A stretch of DNA of 64,000 nt, taken from assembly GCA_040751955.1 (NCBI GenBank), contig JBFMFY010000013.1:548-64547 (forward strand), in the 5' to 3' direction. A program made the translations under genes and the position numbers. The notes beneath the pieces are model-generated. The model did not search any database. It was not told the DNA's origin and saw nothing but the letters and a program-made list of their open reading frames with translations. The first letter of the stretch is position 1, and every line of letters begins with the position of its first letter. Of the stretch, positions 1 to 10,046 are shown piece by piece. This stretch comes from Bacteroidota bacterium. GTDB lineage: Bacteria; Bacteroidota; Ignavibacteria; UBA10030; UBA8401.

Positions 1-2910
1 ACGATCGAACCAGATCGAACCTTGGTCGGAAAAGAGCGGTGGCTTGCGCACTTCAAATTGGTCAATCCCCGGCTGCGCGGATGGATCTGTGCCAAAGAAT
101 GTTGTTTGGTCCTTGTTCATTGAGGATGAATACTCAAGAGTAAATTTCAGATTCGGTTCCTGTTTCACATCACTGGAACTCGATGAAAAAGGAAACGGAA
201 TGGAGAGCGTGTTACTGTTGCTGAAGTAGTAATACCCGATAAACGGTTTCATCACCTCGGAGGGAATGAAACCGCTCTCTCCTTCGTATGCATAAATAAG
301 ACTGTTCGGGGGAAGATTATTCGCCGTAATTACATCGCTCCATTTTACAGGAGCTGAGTAAGGACTTCCAATGATATTCCACGCAAAGGAATTCATTGTT
401 ATCGACACGATGCCGTTGGTCGGCGCTGGAAATTGATACGAACCGTCGATGACAAAGCTATTCTTTTTAATAAGCCAATACCCCTGCCCATATCTCATCG
501 TAGAACTGCTGCTCATTTCGTTCAAATGGTTCGGCGGCGTGCCGCCATTGTCGCTGTAAATCCGATAATCGTTCGGTATGTTGCCTTTAAAAAGATCTCC
601 GACCAAAATCGGAGAAGCAACCGGAATCGTCACCAAACGATAGTCGGTCGATTTTTTCGGTTCTGCAGGGTAGGAAGCCGATACAACGTTTAACACTGTC
701 TGTTGCACGGGAGTAATGAAAGTGGACAATGGCGACCAACTGCTCGAGTTCGTAAGCGAGCGCGCCCTCACTCTCCACTGGTATGTTGTCCCCGGAGCAA
801 GATCCGGAATGGTAATTGCCGACAAGACTGACGTAATAATTTGTCCCCGGATGGAAGAAGAAATAATCGTCCCCACTTCAAGATCGTACGATGTGGCACC
901 GGTAACAGATGACCATGATAACGTGACGCTGGTGTTCAAAAGTTGTGAACCGTTGGAGGGGTTCAAAATGCTCGGAGTTGTCAATGGAACTGAAGGGTTG
1001 AACGTGGTGTAGAATGTCCCATTCTGATTATAGACATTGATAAAAATCCCCGCCGGAGATGTACTGTACAGAGGTGTTTCAAGAAATGAATTGACATCTG
1101 CCGTCATCGAATAGATGACGTTTGTGCTTAAGTTAATTTGAGCTACCATGCCGTGCGATCCTACCACGAGTGCGGTACTTGAATTAAGATACGTTACGCC
1201 GTACCCCCAGTGCGGCAATTGACCGACTTTCGTCCATGTAACACCGCCGTTCGACGTCTTCCATAGCGTCGAATCATTTTTGACTGCGAGTCCCTGTGCT
1301 GAGTTGAGAAAAACAACACCGGAAGTGGAAACAGTCGAATCGAACGCAGTCTTCGCCACGGGATAGAAATTCCACGTATTGCCGTAGTTCGTGGTTTTGA
1401 AGATGCCGCGAATAGTGGATGACCCGCTCGTCAAATTACCTGCCATAAAACCAAGACTGGAGGTAATAAAATGTACTTGCGACGGTGTTGTCGTTCCGAA
1501 GAGATATGTGTTGTTATTCAGCCACGTAACACCACCGTCGGTCGTGCGCAGAAATGCGAGATTGCTTGAAGATGAAATCCCGTCGCCGATAGCGATTCCG
1601 GTAGTGCTGTTATCGAACTTTATATAATTGATGAAGTCCGTAACTGAAGTATTGTTGAATACTGGCAACCATGAAGTCCCCCCATCAGTTGTACGGTAGA
1701 TCTTTCCGGTTCCGGTGCCGGCAAACCCCAATGTTGCACTCGCAAATTCAAGAGCGTACACATGCTCCGTTGTAGAAATACCTGAGCTCATACGGGTCCA
1801 TGTAATCGGCGAACCTGCCGTGATCGTCGTACTCGACTTTGCTACCAATCCGTTATTTCCTGCAATCCATACCGCACCGAATTTTTCAGTGAAATAATTT
1901 ATTTTGCTTGTTGTGATAGCTGAAGAGAGCGTAACCCGATAGAGCGACGGAAGAGGATCAAGTGTGGATGTTGACGACAGAACAGCGAACTGCGTTGAAG
2001 AACTCACATTGCCGTTTCCGGTAAGGACTGTTATCGTATAATTCCCTGCAGCAAGGCTTGGTACTGTTGCAATGATTTGCGTATTACTCCAGCTTGATAT
2101 GCCCGCACTTGTTGTCCCAAATTGCACTCCACCCGCTCCCTGAGTTGCTCCGAAGTTGCTTCCGTTGATCGTCACTGAGGTACCGACAGAGCCGACCGAC
2201 GGTGTAAACGACGAGATACTTGGAGTGGTTGAAGGGGAAAAGGATTTAAAACGTTGGTAGGAGTTATCATTCTCATTTGATTCGATAACAACATTTGTAG
2301 GATCAATCTCCAAGCGAAATGAATGCGATCCGGCAGCAAACTTCCCTATGGGCTTATTGATCCAGACGACACCGTTGTTGCTGGGAATAGAAGATGAGTA
2401 CGTACCTTGAAACTTCAAAACGTTATCGACATACAAATAGCCGTAGAGGGTAACTCCCGAAGGAGAGGGATCGGTTCCATTATTCAGCGCAGCATAGTTG
2501 ATGTACACTGAATCAGTATTAAAAATTGTCGAGACATCCACAGCAGAATTTACAGTTGAAGTATAAGTGTTAGAAACTACAATCGGGAATGACCAGCCTG
2601 TCGGAGTATAATATGTGAGATTGACTGCAGCCGTTTTTTGAAAAGACTCTCGATCTCTTTCGCCGCGCTCCGATTGGTTTGCCAATCCGATTCCTTCCCT
2701 CAAATCTTGTTCAACGATATTTCCGCCTGTTTTGATGGTCATCGGTACTGTTGGCGTTGAAGCAATCACATCTGCACTTCCCGAGGCATCTTTGACAACA
2801 AAAGTCCGCTCAATAATAATTTTACCATTCCCGCTCTGCAACAAAAAAAACGCTCTGCTATCCTGATACGACAACAGCAGCATGATCGTAAGAAGAAAAT
2901 ATTTTTTCAT
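1..2910 (-). CDS. Large secreted multidomain protein; its C-terminal end runs past the window start. It has a signal peptide, an IPT/TIG-like domain, BNR/Ycf48-like 'TTDGGxxW' repeats and an Fn3-like segment.
   Basis: ATG at 2910 (minus strand) gives MKKYFLLTIMLLLSYQDSRA (signal peptide). Hand translation shows KIYRTTDGGTSW and FLRTTDGGVTW BNR-like motifs, a TIG-like SISSFTPSVGSVGTSVTINGSNFG and TLSWSSVTGATSYDLEV. There is no minus-strand stop down to position 1. No other ORF of 60 aa or more is listed in the ORF track in this span. Confidence 0.6.
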   Translation of the reverse strand, partial: MKKYFLLTIMLLLSYQDSRAFFLLQSGNGKIIIERTFVVKDASGSADVIASTPTVPMTIKTGGNIVEQDLREGIGLANQSERGERDRESFQKTAAVNLTYYTPTGWSFPIVVSNTYTSTVNSAVDVSTIFNTDSVYINYAALNNGTDPSPSGVTLYGYLYVDNVLKFQGTYSSSIPSNNGVVWINKPIGKFAAGSHSFRLEIDPTNVVIESNENDNSYQRFKSFSPSTTPSISSFTPSVGSVGTSVTINGSNFGATQGAGGVQFGTTSAGISSWSNTQIIATVPSLAAGNYTITVLTGNGNVSSSTQFAVLSSTSTLDPLPSLYRVTLSSAITTSKINYFTEKFGAVWIAGNNGLVAKSSTTITAGSPITWTRMSSGISTTEHVYALEFASATLGFAGTGTGKIYRTTDGGTSWLPVFNNTSVTDFINYIKFDNSTTGIAIGDGISSSSNLAFLRTTDGGVTWLNNNTYLFGTTTPSQVHFITSSLGFMAGNLTSGSSTIRGIFKTTNYGNTWNFYPVAKTAFDSTVSTSGVVFLNSAQGLAVKNDSTLWKTSNGGVTWTKVGQLPHWGYGVTYLNSSTALVVGSHGMVAQINLSTNVIYSMTADVNSFLETPLYSTSPAGIFINVYNQNGTFYTTFNPSVPLTTPSILNPSNGSQLLNTSVTLSWSSVTGATSYDLEVGTIISSSIRGQIITSVLSAITIPDLAPGTTYQWRVRARSLTNSSSWSPLSTFITPVQQTVLNVVSASYPAEPKKSTDYRLVTIPVASPILVGDLFKGNIPNDYRIYSDNGGTPPNHLNEMSSSSTMRYGQGYWLIKKNSFVIDGSYQFPAPTNGIVSITMNSFAWNIIGSPYSAPVKWSDVITANNLPPNSLIYAYEGESGFIPSEVMKPFIGYYYFSNSNTLSIPFPFSSSSSDVKQEPNLKFTLEYSSSMNKDQTTFFGTDPSAQPGIDQFEVRKPPLFSDQGSIWFDR

Positions 2911-2944
2911 ACCGTAGCCCGATCCGTTGTTGTTTTACTGAACA

Positions 2945-3769
2945 TCATTTCACCGCCGACAGTACCGCATGGTCAACAGTCCGCTGATGAAGCGGAATTG
3001 TAAAAAGCCATTGAGAAAGACTTGTTAACGACAATTTCGGCAACATAAGTTCATCACCGACGATCTTCGCATCGCCGATCTCTGCAAACGGGATCTCTTC
3101 CTTCGTCACGACAACAATGAACTCTTCATTCGATGTTTTTTCTTCACCTTCAACTGTTAAATACAGTTCATAGTCCCGCGGAAAAATGAATTTTTTCTTC
3201 GCCTGAATCTTGTTGTTCCGGCTTAATGCGTTGGGGAATGCCATTTGAATCGTGTCGTTCTTCACATGGAAGATCGTGAGAAAGCCATCCTTTGATGATG
3301 TGATTTCCAACTCGACAGGCTCCGATTCGCGGTAGGTTGACCGTTTTGATTTTACCGTGACGGTAAACCCCGGGTCGGTGTTCCCTTCGGGAATAACTAT
3401 GAATGCTTCCAGTTCGGCATCGATCTGGTACTGTACATCCTCTTTGGATGAAGCTTTGGTAAGACGAACCGGATCGGAGATGTCGATGTTCCGTTCCTGA
3501 GTAATGATGCCGCGCGATGTTGCCTCGGTGAATTGGCTGTAGTAATCGTTCATCGCGGTGTTTGATTCTGTCTGCACCCTGAAGGATGATGCAGAAACGA
3601 CGATGCCCGCCTGATTGAGTGCATCAGCGCGGGCACGTTTTACAGCTTCGGTTCGCATTTTTTTAACATCGGTGCCAAATGCCGATGCCTTCCCCTTCAC
3701 CCAACGCCCTTGTTCTTGAGCAAAAAGTGAGGCAGCGATGAGACAGATGGATAGGAACAATCTGATCAT
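2945..3769 (-). CDS. Lipoprotein with an LPP20-like N-terminus and a DUF4384-like C-terminus. This is a typical caspase-associated partner.
   Basis: 274 aa ORF with signal peptide MIRLFLSICLIAASLFAQ. Lies 1 nt after the caspase gene in the same orientation. The KGKASAFGTDVKKMRTEAVKRARADALNQAG N-terminal motif is LPP20-like. Confidence 0.45.
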   Translation of the reverse strand: MIRLFLSICLIAASLFAQEQGRWVKGKASAFGTDVKKMRTEAVKRARADALNQAGIVVSASSFRVQTESNTAMNDYYSQFTEATSRGIITQERNIDISDPVRLTKASSKEDVQYQIDAELEAFIVIPEGNTDPGFTVTVKSKRSTYRESEPVELEITSSKDGFLTIFHVKNDTIQMAFPNALSRNNKIQAKKKFIFPRDYELYLTVEGEEKTSNEEFIVVVTKEEIPFAEIGDAKIVGDELMLPKLSLTSLSQWLFTIPLHQRTVDHAVLSAVK

Positions 3770-3770
3770 A

Positions 3771-5558
3771 TCAATACTTGACCATCACCCTGTTCGGGTC
3801 GCCGTCGAATTCCGGAGTCTGAGTACCGCTGATTCTCCGTGAAACAGCAGTGACGTTCGATGTCACATACTCTTTTAATTCGCCGAGTGTGATCTCTTTA
3901 TTCTTGTCCTTATCCGCTTCGCCGCGCAATCCTGCTGCAAGAAAGTATGTGAACAATCCGGTCTCCGATTCATCGAAACCGAGCGAGGTTTCTTCACCGG
4001 TCGAGGAGTTAATAACGGTGAAATTTTTGTACGAGAGCCACGGCTTCGTTACCTTCAGTTTTATTCCTTTTGCTGCAATCAAATTCTGTTCTTTAATCTG
4101 GGCGGAGGCGCGCGACGCACCGCTGAAGCACGCATCCAGTATCACGGTGACACTTTTGGCGTTCAACTTATTCAGGTTCTCATAGAATCGCTGGATCGGA
4201 TATCCCGACTCTTCGAGAAATTCCTTGTCACCATCCACGGGAAAAAGGAATGTCTGATCCGCCGCTTTGTTCGGCATGCCGTGTCCGGAATAGAACACGT
4301 ACACATCGGTCTCTTTCGGCTTCACATACGTTGCAAGTGTTCCTTTTTCAGGATCAAACAGTTTCTTGAAAAATATCCCCTGCACCTGATTGTTTGTATA
4401 GAAAAGTATCCTGTCCCTGTCGATACCGAATCTGTTTTCGAAATAGCGTTTCATAATCTCCGCATCGTTTGCGGCATACGGCGCTGAGGGAACATTCATA
4501 TAGTTTTCAATCCCAATCACAACGGCGATTGCATTCGGGTTTGATGTCTTCGACGGAGGAACATCTTTAATATCGACATATCCGTCCGTCAGTGCGCTGC
4601 TCTTCTTTCCGGTAAATTGAATTCGTGTCACCTGTTTTTGCTGCGAGGGTCTTGCCTCCACTGAGACCAATTTCGGCTCCGCCGGTTTTTGATCAAGTTG
4701 AATAGGCAACTGGAACGATTTCAGCACGCCGTCTTTCGGTTCGTCTTCCAGTGTCAGAAACACCGGCAGATCACCGGTCGCTTCCACGCGCATTGTAGGG
4801 CTGACGATAAACGAAAGTTCTTTCACATCTCCCGATTTGATATCTCCAATCACTCCCGAGTTTTCAGACAACTTAATATTCTCGGAATTCGTCGCGACGT
4901 TATACTTCACATTGAGCGCACCGGTCAAGCCGACATTCTGAACGACAACACGAACTTTTACGCGCTCCCCTTTCTCAAGCAATCCGTCGTTCTTTTTCGC
5001 ATACAGCCCTTCTCCCCGTTCGATGATTTCAAGACCTGAGAATTGCAGCTTCGGAGGTTCAAATTCTTGCGTGCTTAATTCCAGGTATGCCGTCTCCATA
5101 TCATACCCTTCTTTCTCAACCCCTTTGATCGCAAACTTGCGGACTGCGCTCTTGATCTTTTTGCCGGCAAGGATTTTGAACGTCAATGTCGCTTCCTGCT
5201 TCGGCTGCAGGCGTTTCACATGTTTCTCTTTTTCAATGTAAATGTTCGGATCGGGATTTTCCGATTCTTCCACGAGCGATACCTTCATCTCCTGCGCATC
5301 GCCGATCCCCTTATTCATCAGCTTTACAGTAACAATTGCCGATTCCCGGTTTTCAAGGATACCGTTGTTGTTTTCATCCTTAAAGGAAATCTGAGCATAA
5401 ATATCAGGCGGACCGCCGGCTACCGATTTCGAGTTCTTATCGTCAACCTCGATTTTACCTACTTTAAATTTAACCTGAGCGTCAACTGAATATGCGAGAC
5501 AGACAGCAATCAAGAATATTTTTATTTTTTTCATAGATACCCCCTTCGTAATGCTCAT
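3771..5558 (-). CDS. Secreted caspase-family (peptidase C14) protein. Ig/CARDB-like N-terminal domains precede a C-terminal caspase domain.
   Basis: 595 aa with signal peptide. Catalytic dyad motifs FYSGHG and LDACFSG sit in a segment beginning AVVIGIENY, as in the caspase/metacaspase His-Cys fold. Confidence 0.75.
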   Translation of the reverse strand: MSITKGVSMKKIKIFLIAVCLAYSVDAQVKFKVGKIEVDDKNSKSVAGGPPDIYAQISFKDENNNGILENRESAIVTVKLMNKGIGDAQEMKVSLVEESENPDPNIYIEKEKHVKRLQPKQEATLTFKILAGKKIKSAVRKFAIKGVEKEGYDMETAYLELSTQEFEPPKLQFSGLEIIERGEGLYAKKNDGLLEKGERVKVRVVVQNVGLTGALNVKYNVATNSENIKLSENSGVIGDIKSGDVKELSFIVSPTMRVEATGDLPVFLTLEDEPKDGVLKSFQLPIQLDQKPAEPKLVSVEARPSQQKQVTRIQFTGKKSSALTDGYVDIKDVPPSKTSNPNAIAVVIGIENYMNVPSAPYAANDAEIMKRYFENRFGIDRDRILFYTNNQVQGIFFKKLFDPEKGTLATYVKPKETDVYVFYSGHGMPNKAADQTFLFPVDGDKEFLEESGYPIQRFYENLNKLNAKSVTVILDACFSGASRASAQIKEQNLIAAKGIKLKVTKPWLSYKNFTVINSSTGEETSLGFDESETGLFTYFLAAGLRGEADKDKNKEITLGELKEYVTSNVTAVSRRISGTQTPEFDGDPNRVMVKY

Positions 5559-6055
5559 TGAGGCCTGCTTGTCGGTGGACCGGGCAACGGACCGTCGGCA
5601 GTCGGCTCATCTTTGGAAGATCCGAGTAACAGTACAGCGCCTGCACCAAGTACTGCAGCACCTCCGGTGTACCATACCCAGCTTCCTATTCCTTCGTTTT
5701 TTGAAATCGTGAGTTCAAACTCAATATCATCATACGGCAATCCGCGCGGAAATTGCTTTTTGAACGCCCAGATCACGCGGAGATTGTTCCCGACAAATTT
5801 ACCGTCGCCAACGGCGCCAGAAACATACTCCAAATCATATTTGAAATTCTTATCCGATTCGCGCGTTAAACGAAATGTTACCTCGTACTCTGCATCTTCT
5901 TCATCGCCAATGGGGGTATGGCTGTACGTGATAATAATATTGTCTCCCCCCTGCTGCACGTCGGTGATTGCGTACGGCTTTATATCCTGGCTAAAGCCAT
6001 ACACGCTGCACAGCAGCAGAAGTATCGTACCTCTCTCAAAAATTTTCATAGGCAT
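5555..6055 (-). CDS. Small secreted protein with a C-terminal transmembrane helix and a Pro-rich tail.
   Basis: ORF 5555..6082. The likely start is at an internal Met giving signal peptide MKIFERGTILLLLCSVYGFSQ. The C-terminus WVWYTGGAAVLGAGAVLLLG is hydrophobic. There is a 4-nt ATGA overlap with the caspase gene. Confidence 0.45.
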   Translation of the reverse strand: MPMKIFERGTILLLLCSVYGFSQDIKPYAITDVQQGGDNIIITYSHTPIGDEEDAEYEVTFRLTRESDKNFKYDLEYVSGAVGDGKFVGNNLRVIWAFKKQFPRGLPYDDIEFELTISKNEGIGSWVWYTGGAAVLGAGAVLLLGSSKDEPTADGPLPGPPTSRPQ

Positions 6056-6078
6056 TCCTACCGTTTCAGACATGTTGC

Positions 6079-7203
6079 TCAATTGAGTGCAAACGAAATA
6101 TAAAATATCCCCACTTTCGTCGGCTGTTCAAATTCTCGCTCCATACTCGATGAGGGAAATGAGTTGCTGTTCGTGATTGTAACTTTGTGCTTCGGTTTCG
6201 CGGAAAAATATTTCGCTCCGAATGTCACGGCGTCGGTAAAAGTTAACCCGAACGAATATGCAAATCCCGGTGCAAACGTGTCGGCAGATTCAAGCTTGAC
6301 ATTTGCCGTTTCATAGTTAAGATCCGGCAGATGAATCAATGATATTCCGTAGTCGCCGGATCCAAACAGATATGCAGAATGCGAAAGATTGATCGCGACA
6401 CCGAGACCGAGTGTGAACCACATCAGGTAATGCGCTTCATCTTCCGAAGAAAGAGAGCTGCCGCTTTGATTCCTCATCTCATCGATATTCAATCCGAGAT
6501 AGGCGAATTGAAAGCTCAGGGGCATGTAAAGATTTTCCGACAGATGTATTCTCCCCTCATACCCGGTACCAAATCCACTCTTCGCAAACCCGGCATTCTG
6601 GCCGGTCGTCTCTTTAAATTCTCCGTTCGGTGTTGAGTACGCAAAGTTGAACCAAAAGCCGCCGAGATTGTATCCTTCATTATAACTGTTTGAAGCAGGG
6701 GAAGAATAATTTTGCTCAGAGACGGGTGATGTTACAGTAAAAGCATTGGAATGAACATCCCGCTGGCTTCCCATCTGCACCGCAACAGCATAACTCTTTT
6801 CATCTACATCCGGTACTTTAATGGTAATCCGATCACTCCTCCATGCTTCGATAGCCACTTGCTGCGAACCAAGAAATACCTTGCAATTCTTCGGCTCGCT
6901 CGGAAACATTCCTGTGATGTACACAGATGAACCGACGACACCAGAGGAAGGGGAAACAGATTCAATTACAGGAATATATTCTTTCTCAATCCTGGAAATA
7001 TCGACAAAGTCAAAAAACTCAATGCCTTCCGATGATTCTATGACCACGGTTTTATCGGGAATCTTCTCAATAATCTTTCCGGAAACTACTTTTCCGTTCT
7101 TCAGGTAAAGAACATCGACCTCCTTAGCCTGAGAAAAAAGATCGGTTGCAGAAAGCAACAACAGAGTAATGATTAAAAAGAGCGATTTGTATAGATTTTT
7201 CAT
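6079..7203 (-). CDS. Outer-membrane beta-barrel protein with an N-terminal IPT/TIG-like domain.
   Basis: Internal Met start MKNLYKSLFLIITLLLLSATDLFSQ is a signal peptide. The TIG-like VIESVSPSSGVVGSSVYITG follows. The C-terminal half has alternating amphipathic strands ending IFYISFALN. Confidence 0.55.
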   Translation of the reverse strand: MKNLYKSLFLIITLLLLSATDLFSQAKEVDVLYLKNGKVVSGKIIEKIPDKTVVIESSEGIEFFDFVDISRIEKEYIPVIESVSPSSGVVGSSVYITGMFPSEPKNCKVFLGSQQVAIEAWRSDRITIKVPDVDEKSYAVAVQMGSQRDVHSNAFTVTSPVSEQNYSSPASNSYNEGYNLGGFWFNFAYSTPNGEFKETTGQNAGFAKSGFGTGYEGRIHLSENLYMPLSFQFAYLGLNIDEMRNQSGSSLSSEDEAHYLMWFTLGLGVAINLSHSAYLFGSGDYGISLIHLPDLNYETANVKLESADTFAPGFAYSFGLTFTDAVTFGAKYFSAKPKHKVTITNSNSFPSSSMEREFEQPTKVGIFYISFALN

Positions 7204-7378
7204 AGGCAATGTTCGCAAGTGCAGGAAGGATTCATGACAAGTATAGATATTTGTCCCCAATATTGCAAGTTAGATAGATCGTAAGCCGGGCGCAACAATA
7301 CAATATAACGCTTTTGTACGGTGGAAGTAAAAAGGAGCAATCAAAGTTCAGGATTGTTTTGTCTTATATAAAATGTAA

Positions 7379-9850
7379 TCACACTCTTTGGTAGTTTTTT
7401 GATACCAGTGCATCAGCCAGAGCATTTAATAACATGTGCTGACGAAAAGGTTTTTGCAATAACTGCGCAACTCCAAACTCCTCAGGTTTGAAATCATGAT
7501 ACGAGGGTGAATACCCTGTGGTCGCGATGATTGGTACGTCAGGATTGATCTCCCTCAATCGCCTGATCGCGCCGGGACCGTCCAATACGGGCATGTTCAG
7601 ATCCATGATAACGCATGCTATGGAAGGATTCTTTTTAAAAACTTCAACGGCATCGTTGCCATTGATTGCCGTGACAGCATTGTAATTGTGCATCGTCAAT
7701 GTCTCCTTGGTCAATTCAATAATCGAAACCTCATCGTCAACAATAAGAATTAACTCACCATGTCCCTGCGATATACTTGGTTGAGCTTCGCTGACATGCT
7801 TGGAGATGTCTTCCGGCGATGCAGGAAGAATAATTCTGAATGTCGTCCCTTTTCCTACGGTGCTTTCGACATCGATTGTTCCACCGTGGCTCTTCACAAT
7901 AGTCATGACCGTCGATAACCCAAGCCCGGTCCCTTTCTCAAGAGATTTTGTTGTAAAGAAAGGATCAAATATTTTTCCCTTTATATTGTCAGGTATTCCA
8001 AGACCTGTATCAGAGATTGTAAGACAGACCATATTGCGTTCAACAATATTCTCCGCAGCGATGGTAATCGTTCCTCCCGTTGGCATCGCATCGCGGGCGT
8101 TGATGCACAGGTTAAGTAAAATTTGATGCATCTGTGTGAAATCTCCTGTAATCATGTCAATGTCAGGTGGAACGACCGTGCGAACCGTGATCGATTTGGG
8201 AAATGTTTCCTGAATAATTTTTTTCAACTCATCTATCAGAAATTTGGGATCAACACCCGTCCGTTCGTGTTCCGTCCCTTTTGCAAATGTAAGGACTTGC
8301 CTGACCAACGATACACCACGGCGTGCACTCACTTCCATTATATCGAGAATCCGTACTTTCTCGTGATCAAGCATGCGCCGTAAGCGTTCTATTCCCATCA
8401 CAACCGGTGCAAGAATGTTGTTCAGATCGTGCGCCACACCTCCAACGAGAGTCCCGATGCTTTCCAAACGTTGTGCGCGGAGGAACTGCTTTTCGATTGC
8501 TTTCTTCTCTGTGATGTCGAACGCAATTCCTATCCCCACTCCCTTCCCCTTGTTGTCGATCCTTGCACCGGCAAAATCCAGCCAGCGGCTTTCGCCATTT
8601 TTTCGTTGAATGACAATCTCATATCGGGAAGGAACGTCGGCACCTTGAATCCTGGCTTCTGCTCGTTTCTGTACAAGCTCACGCATATCGGGATGAATGA
8701 GGAGGGAGAACGGCATGCTGAGCAACTCCTCTTTCGAGTACCCTGTGATCACTTCCGTTGCATGGTTCACATATAAAAATTTTTCTTGCTCATAAACAAA
8801 TATGGCTGCGGGCGCAGCTTCGGAAAGTGCACGGAACATCTCTTCGCTTTCACGGAGTTTGTTTTCTGTCTCAACTCTGGAGGAAATATCGGTAGCAACG
8901 TACATTGTACCGATGGACTCTCCTTTGTCGAAAATGTTCGAGATTGCCAAAAGAACGGGAAATGTACTGCCATCGTTTCGACGGTAAACAGATTCTCCGT
9001 GTAGAATTTTTCTCAAATCTGTCGGCTGATCGGACGGCAACTCCTGCACAATAAAATCTGCAGCGCGGTGATTGATCCCGTCAATACCGAGTGATTTGCG
9101 GAATGCTCTGTTTGTGAAACGCAATACCCCGTTCGTATCTGCAACAGCCACTAGATCACTCATGGTCTCAAGGATGACCGACGCGGTCGTTTCCGGTGTC
9201 AGCGACATCAGTTGGTATTTCACTACACCGATACTTACAAATGTTACCGTAGCGGTCGTTGCCACTATTGCAAGCCGAAATACTTCAATTCCCGCCAGAG
9301 GAATGAACGCATCGGTCATCGAACCGATAGAAAGAGGAACCGCAGCGCCAAGAATTATCAACAATGTTTGCGTCACTTCTCTTTTCGATGTAGCAGCACG
9401 CAGTTTTTTCCAGCACCAGCGGAGACCGATAACGAAACAAACTTCAAGCCAAAGAATGAACGGAACATACAGTACCGATGGCGTGAACGTAGAACCCCAC
9501 GAGAGTGCTACATTCTTGGTAACATATCCAGACGCTTGTAAAACACTGATCGTGATCCCGATTCCGTACATTATTTTTACCCATCGTAACGATGAAGCGG
9601 GCTGCTGAGAAAACTCAAAAGTAAAATGGAAGAACACGGCGGGAAGGATGCAAAAACCGATGCCGCCGTACTGCACAATGAGGGAAGTAATTTCGGGATC
9701 GCGAATGATGCGAAGCAGGAATTCCGCACTCCCCCAATACACAAGACACAAAATGGTAAGAGACCACAATTGATTGACACGGGCAGAAGGGTTTTTAGAG
9801 AGGACAAAAACTGCAAAGATGAGGTTCGCCGCAGTTGCAACAAAGGACAT
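7379..9850 (-). CDS. Hybrid sensor histidine kinase with a multi-TM sensor, PAS domains, HisKA, HATPase and a C-terminal receiver.
   Basis: 823 aa with an N-terminal polytopic region and two PAS-like segments. The H-box is VGGVAHDLNNIL. The ATPase G-boxes are DTGLGI and GTGLGL. The C-terminal REC is ILIVDDEVSIIEL...IMDLNMPVLDG. Confidence 0.85.
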   Translation of the reverse strand: MSFVATAANLIFAVFVLSKNPSARVNQLWSLTILCLVYWGSAEFLLRIIRDPEITSLIVQYGGIGFCILPAVFFHFTFEFSQQPASSLRWVKIMYGIGITISVLQASGYVTKNVALSWGSTFTPSVLYVPFILWLEVCFVIGLRWCWKKLRAATSKREVTQTLLIILGAAVPLSIGSMTDAFIPLAGIEVFRLAIVATTATVTFVSIGVVKYQLMSLTPETTASVILETMSDLVAVADTNGVLRFTNRAFRKSLGIDGINHRAADFIVQELPSDQPTDLRKILHGESVYRRNDGSTFPVLLAISNIFDKGESIGTMYVATDISSRVETENKLRESEEMFRALSEAAPAAIFVYEQEKFLYVNHATEVITGYSKEELLSMPFSLLIHPDMRELVQKRAEARIQGADVPSRYEIVIQRKNGESRWLDFAGARIDNKGKGVGIGIAFDITEKKAIEKQFLRAQRLESIGTLVGGVAHDLNNILAPVVMGIERLRRMLDHEKVRILDIMEVSARRGVSLVRQVLTFAKGTEHERTGVDPKFLIDELKKIIQETFPKSITVRTVVPPDIDMITGDFTQMHQILLNLCINARDAMPTGGTITIAAENIVERNMVCLTISDTGLGIPDNIKGKIFDPFFTTKSLEKGTGLGLSTVMTIVKSHGGTIDVESTVGKGTTFRIILPASPEDISKHVSEAQPSISQGHGELILIVDDEVSIIELTKETLTMHNYNAVTAINGNDAVEVFKKNPSIACVIMDLNMPVLDGPGAIRRLREINPDVPIIATTGYSPSYHDFKPEEFGVAQLLQKPFRQHMLLNALADALVSKNYQRV

Positions 9851-10046
9851 TAACGCGTAGATATTGAAATAAAGGACCAGCAGCTCCCCCTTGTCACTAC
9901 AATTATGAGTCTGTCAATAAAATCGCAGTACTTCAGAATTAATATACGCTTGGTCTGACCCCTATGCAAGTTGAATAACGTTGGAATTTTTTAATAGTAA
10001 TTTCATGAAAAAATTTTTAGTATTAAAAAAATCTAATGAGGAGACT

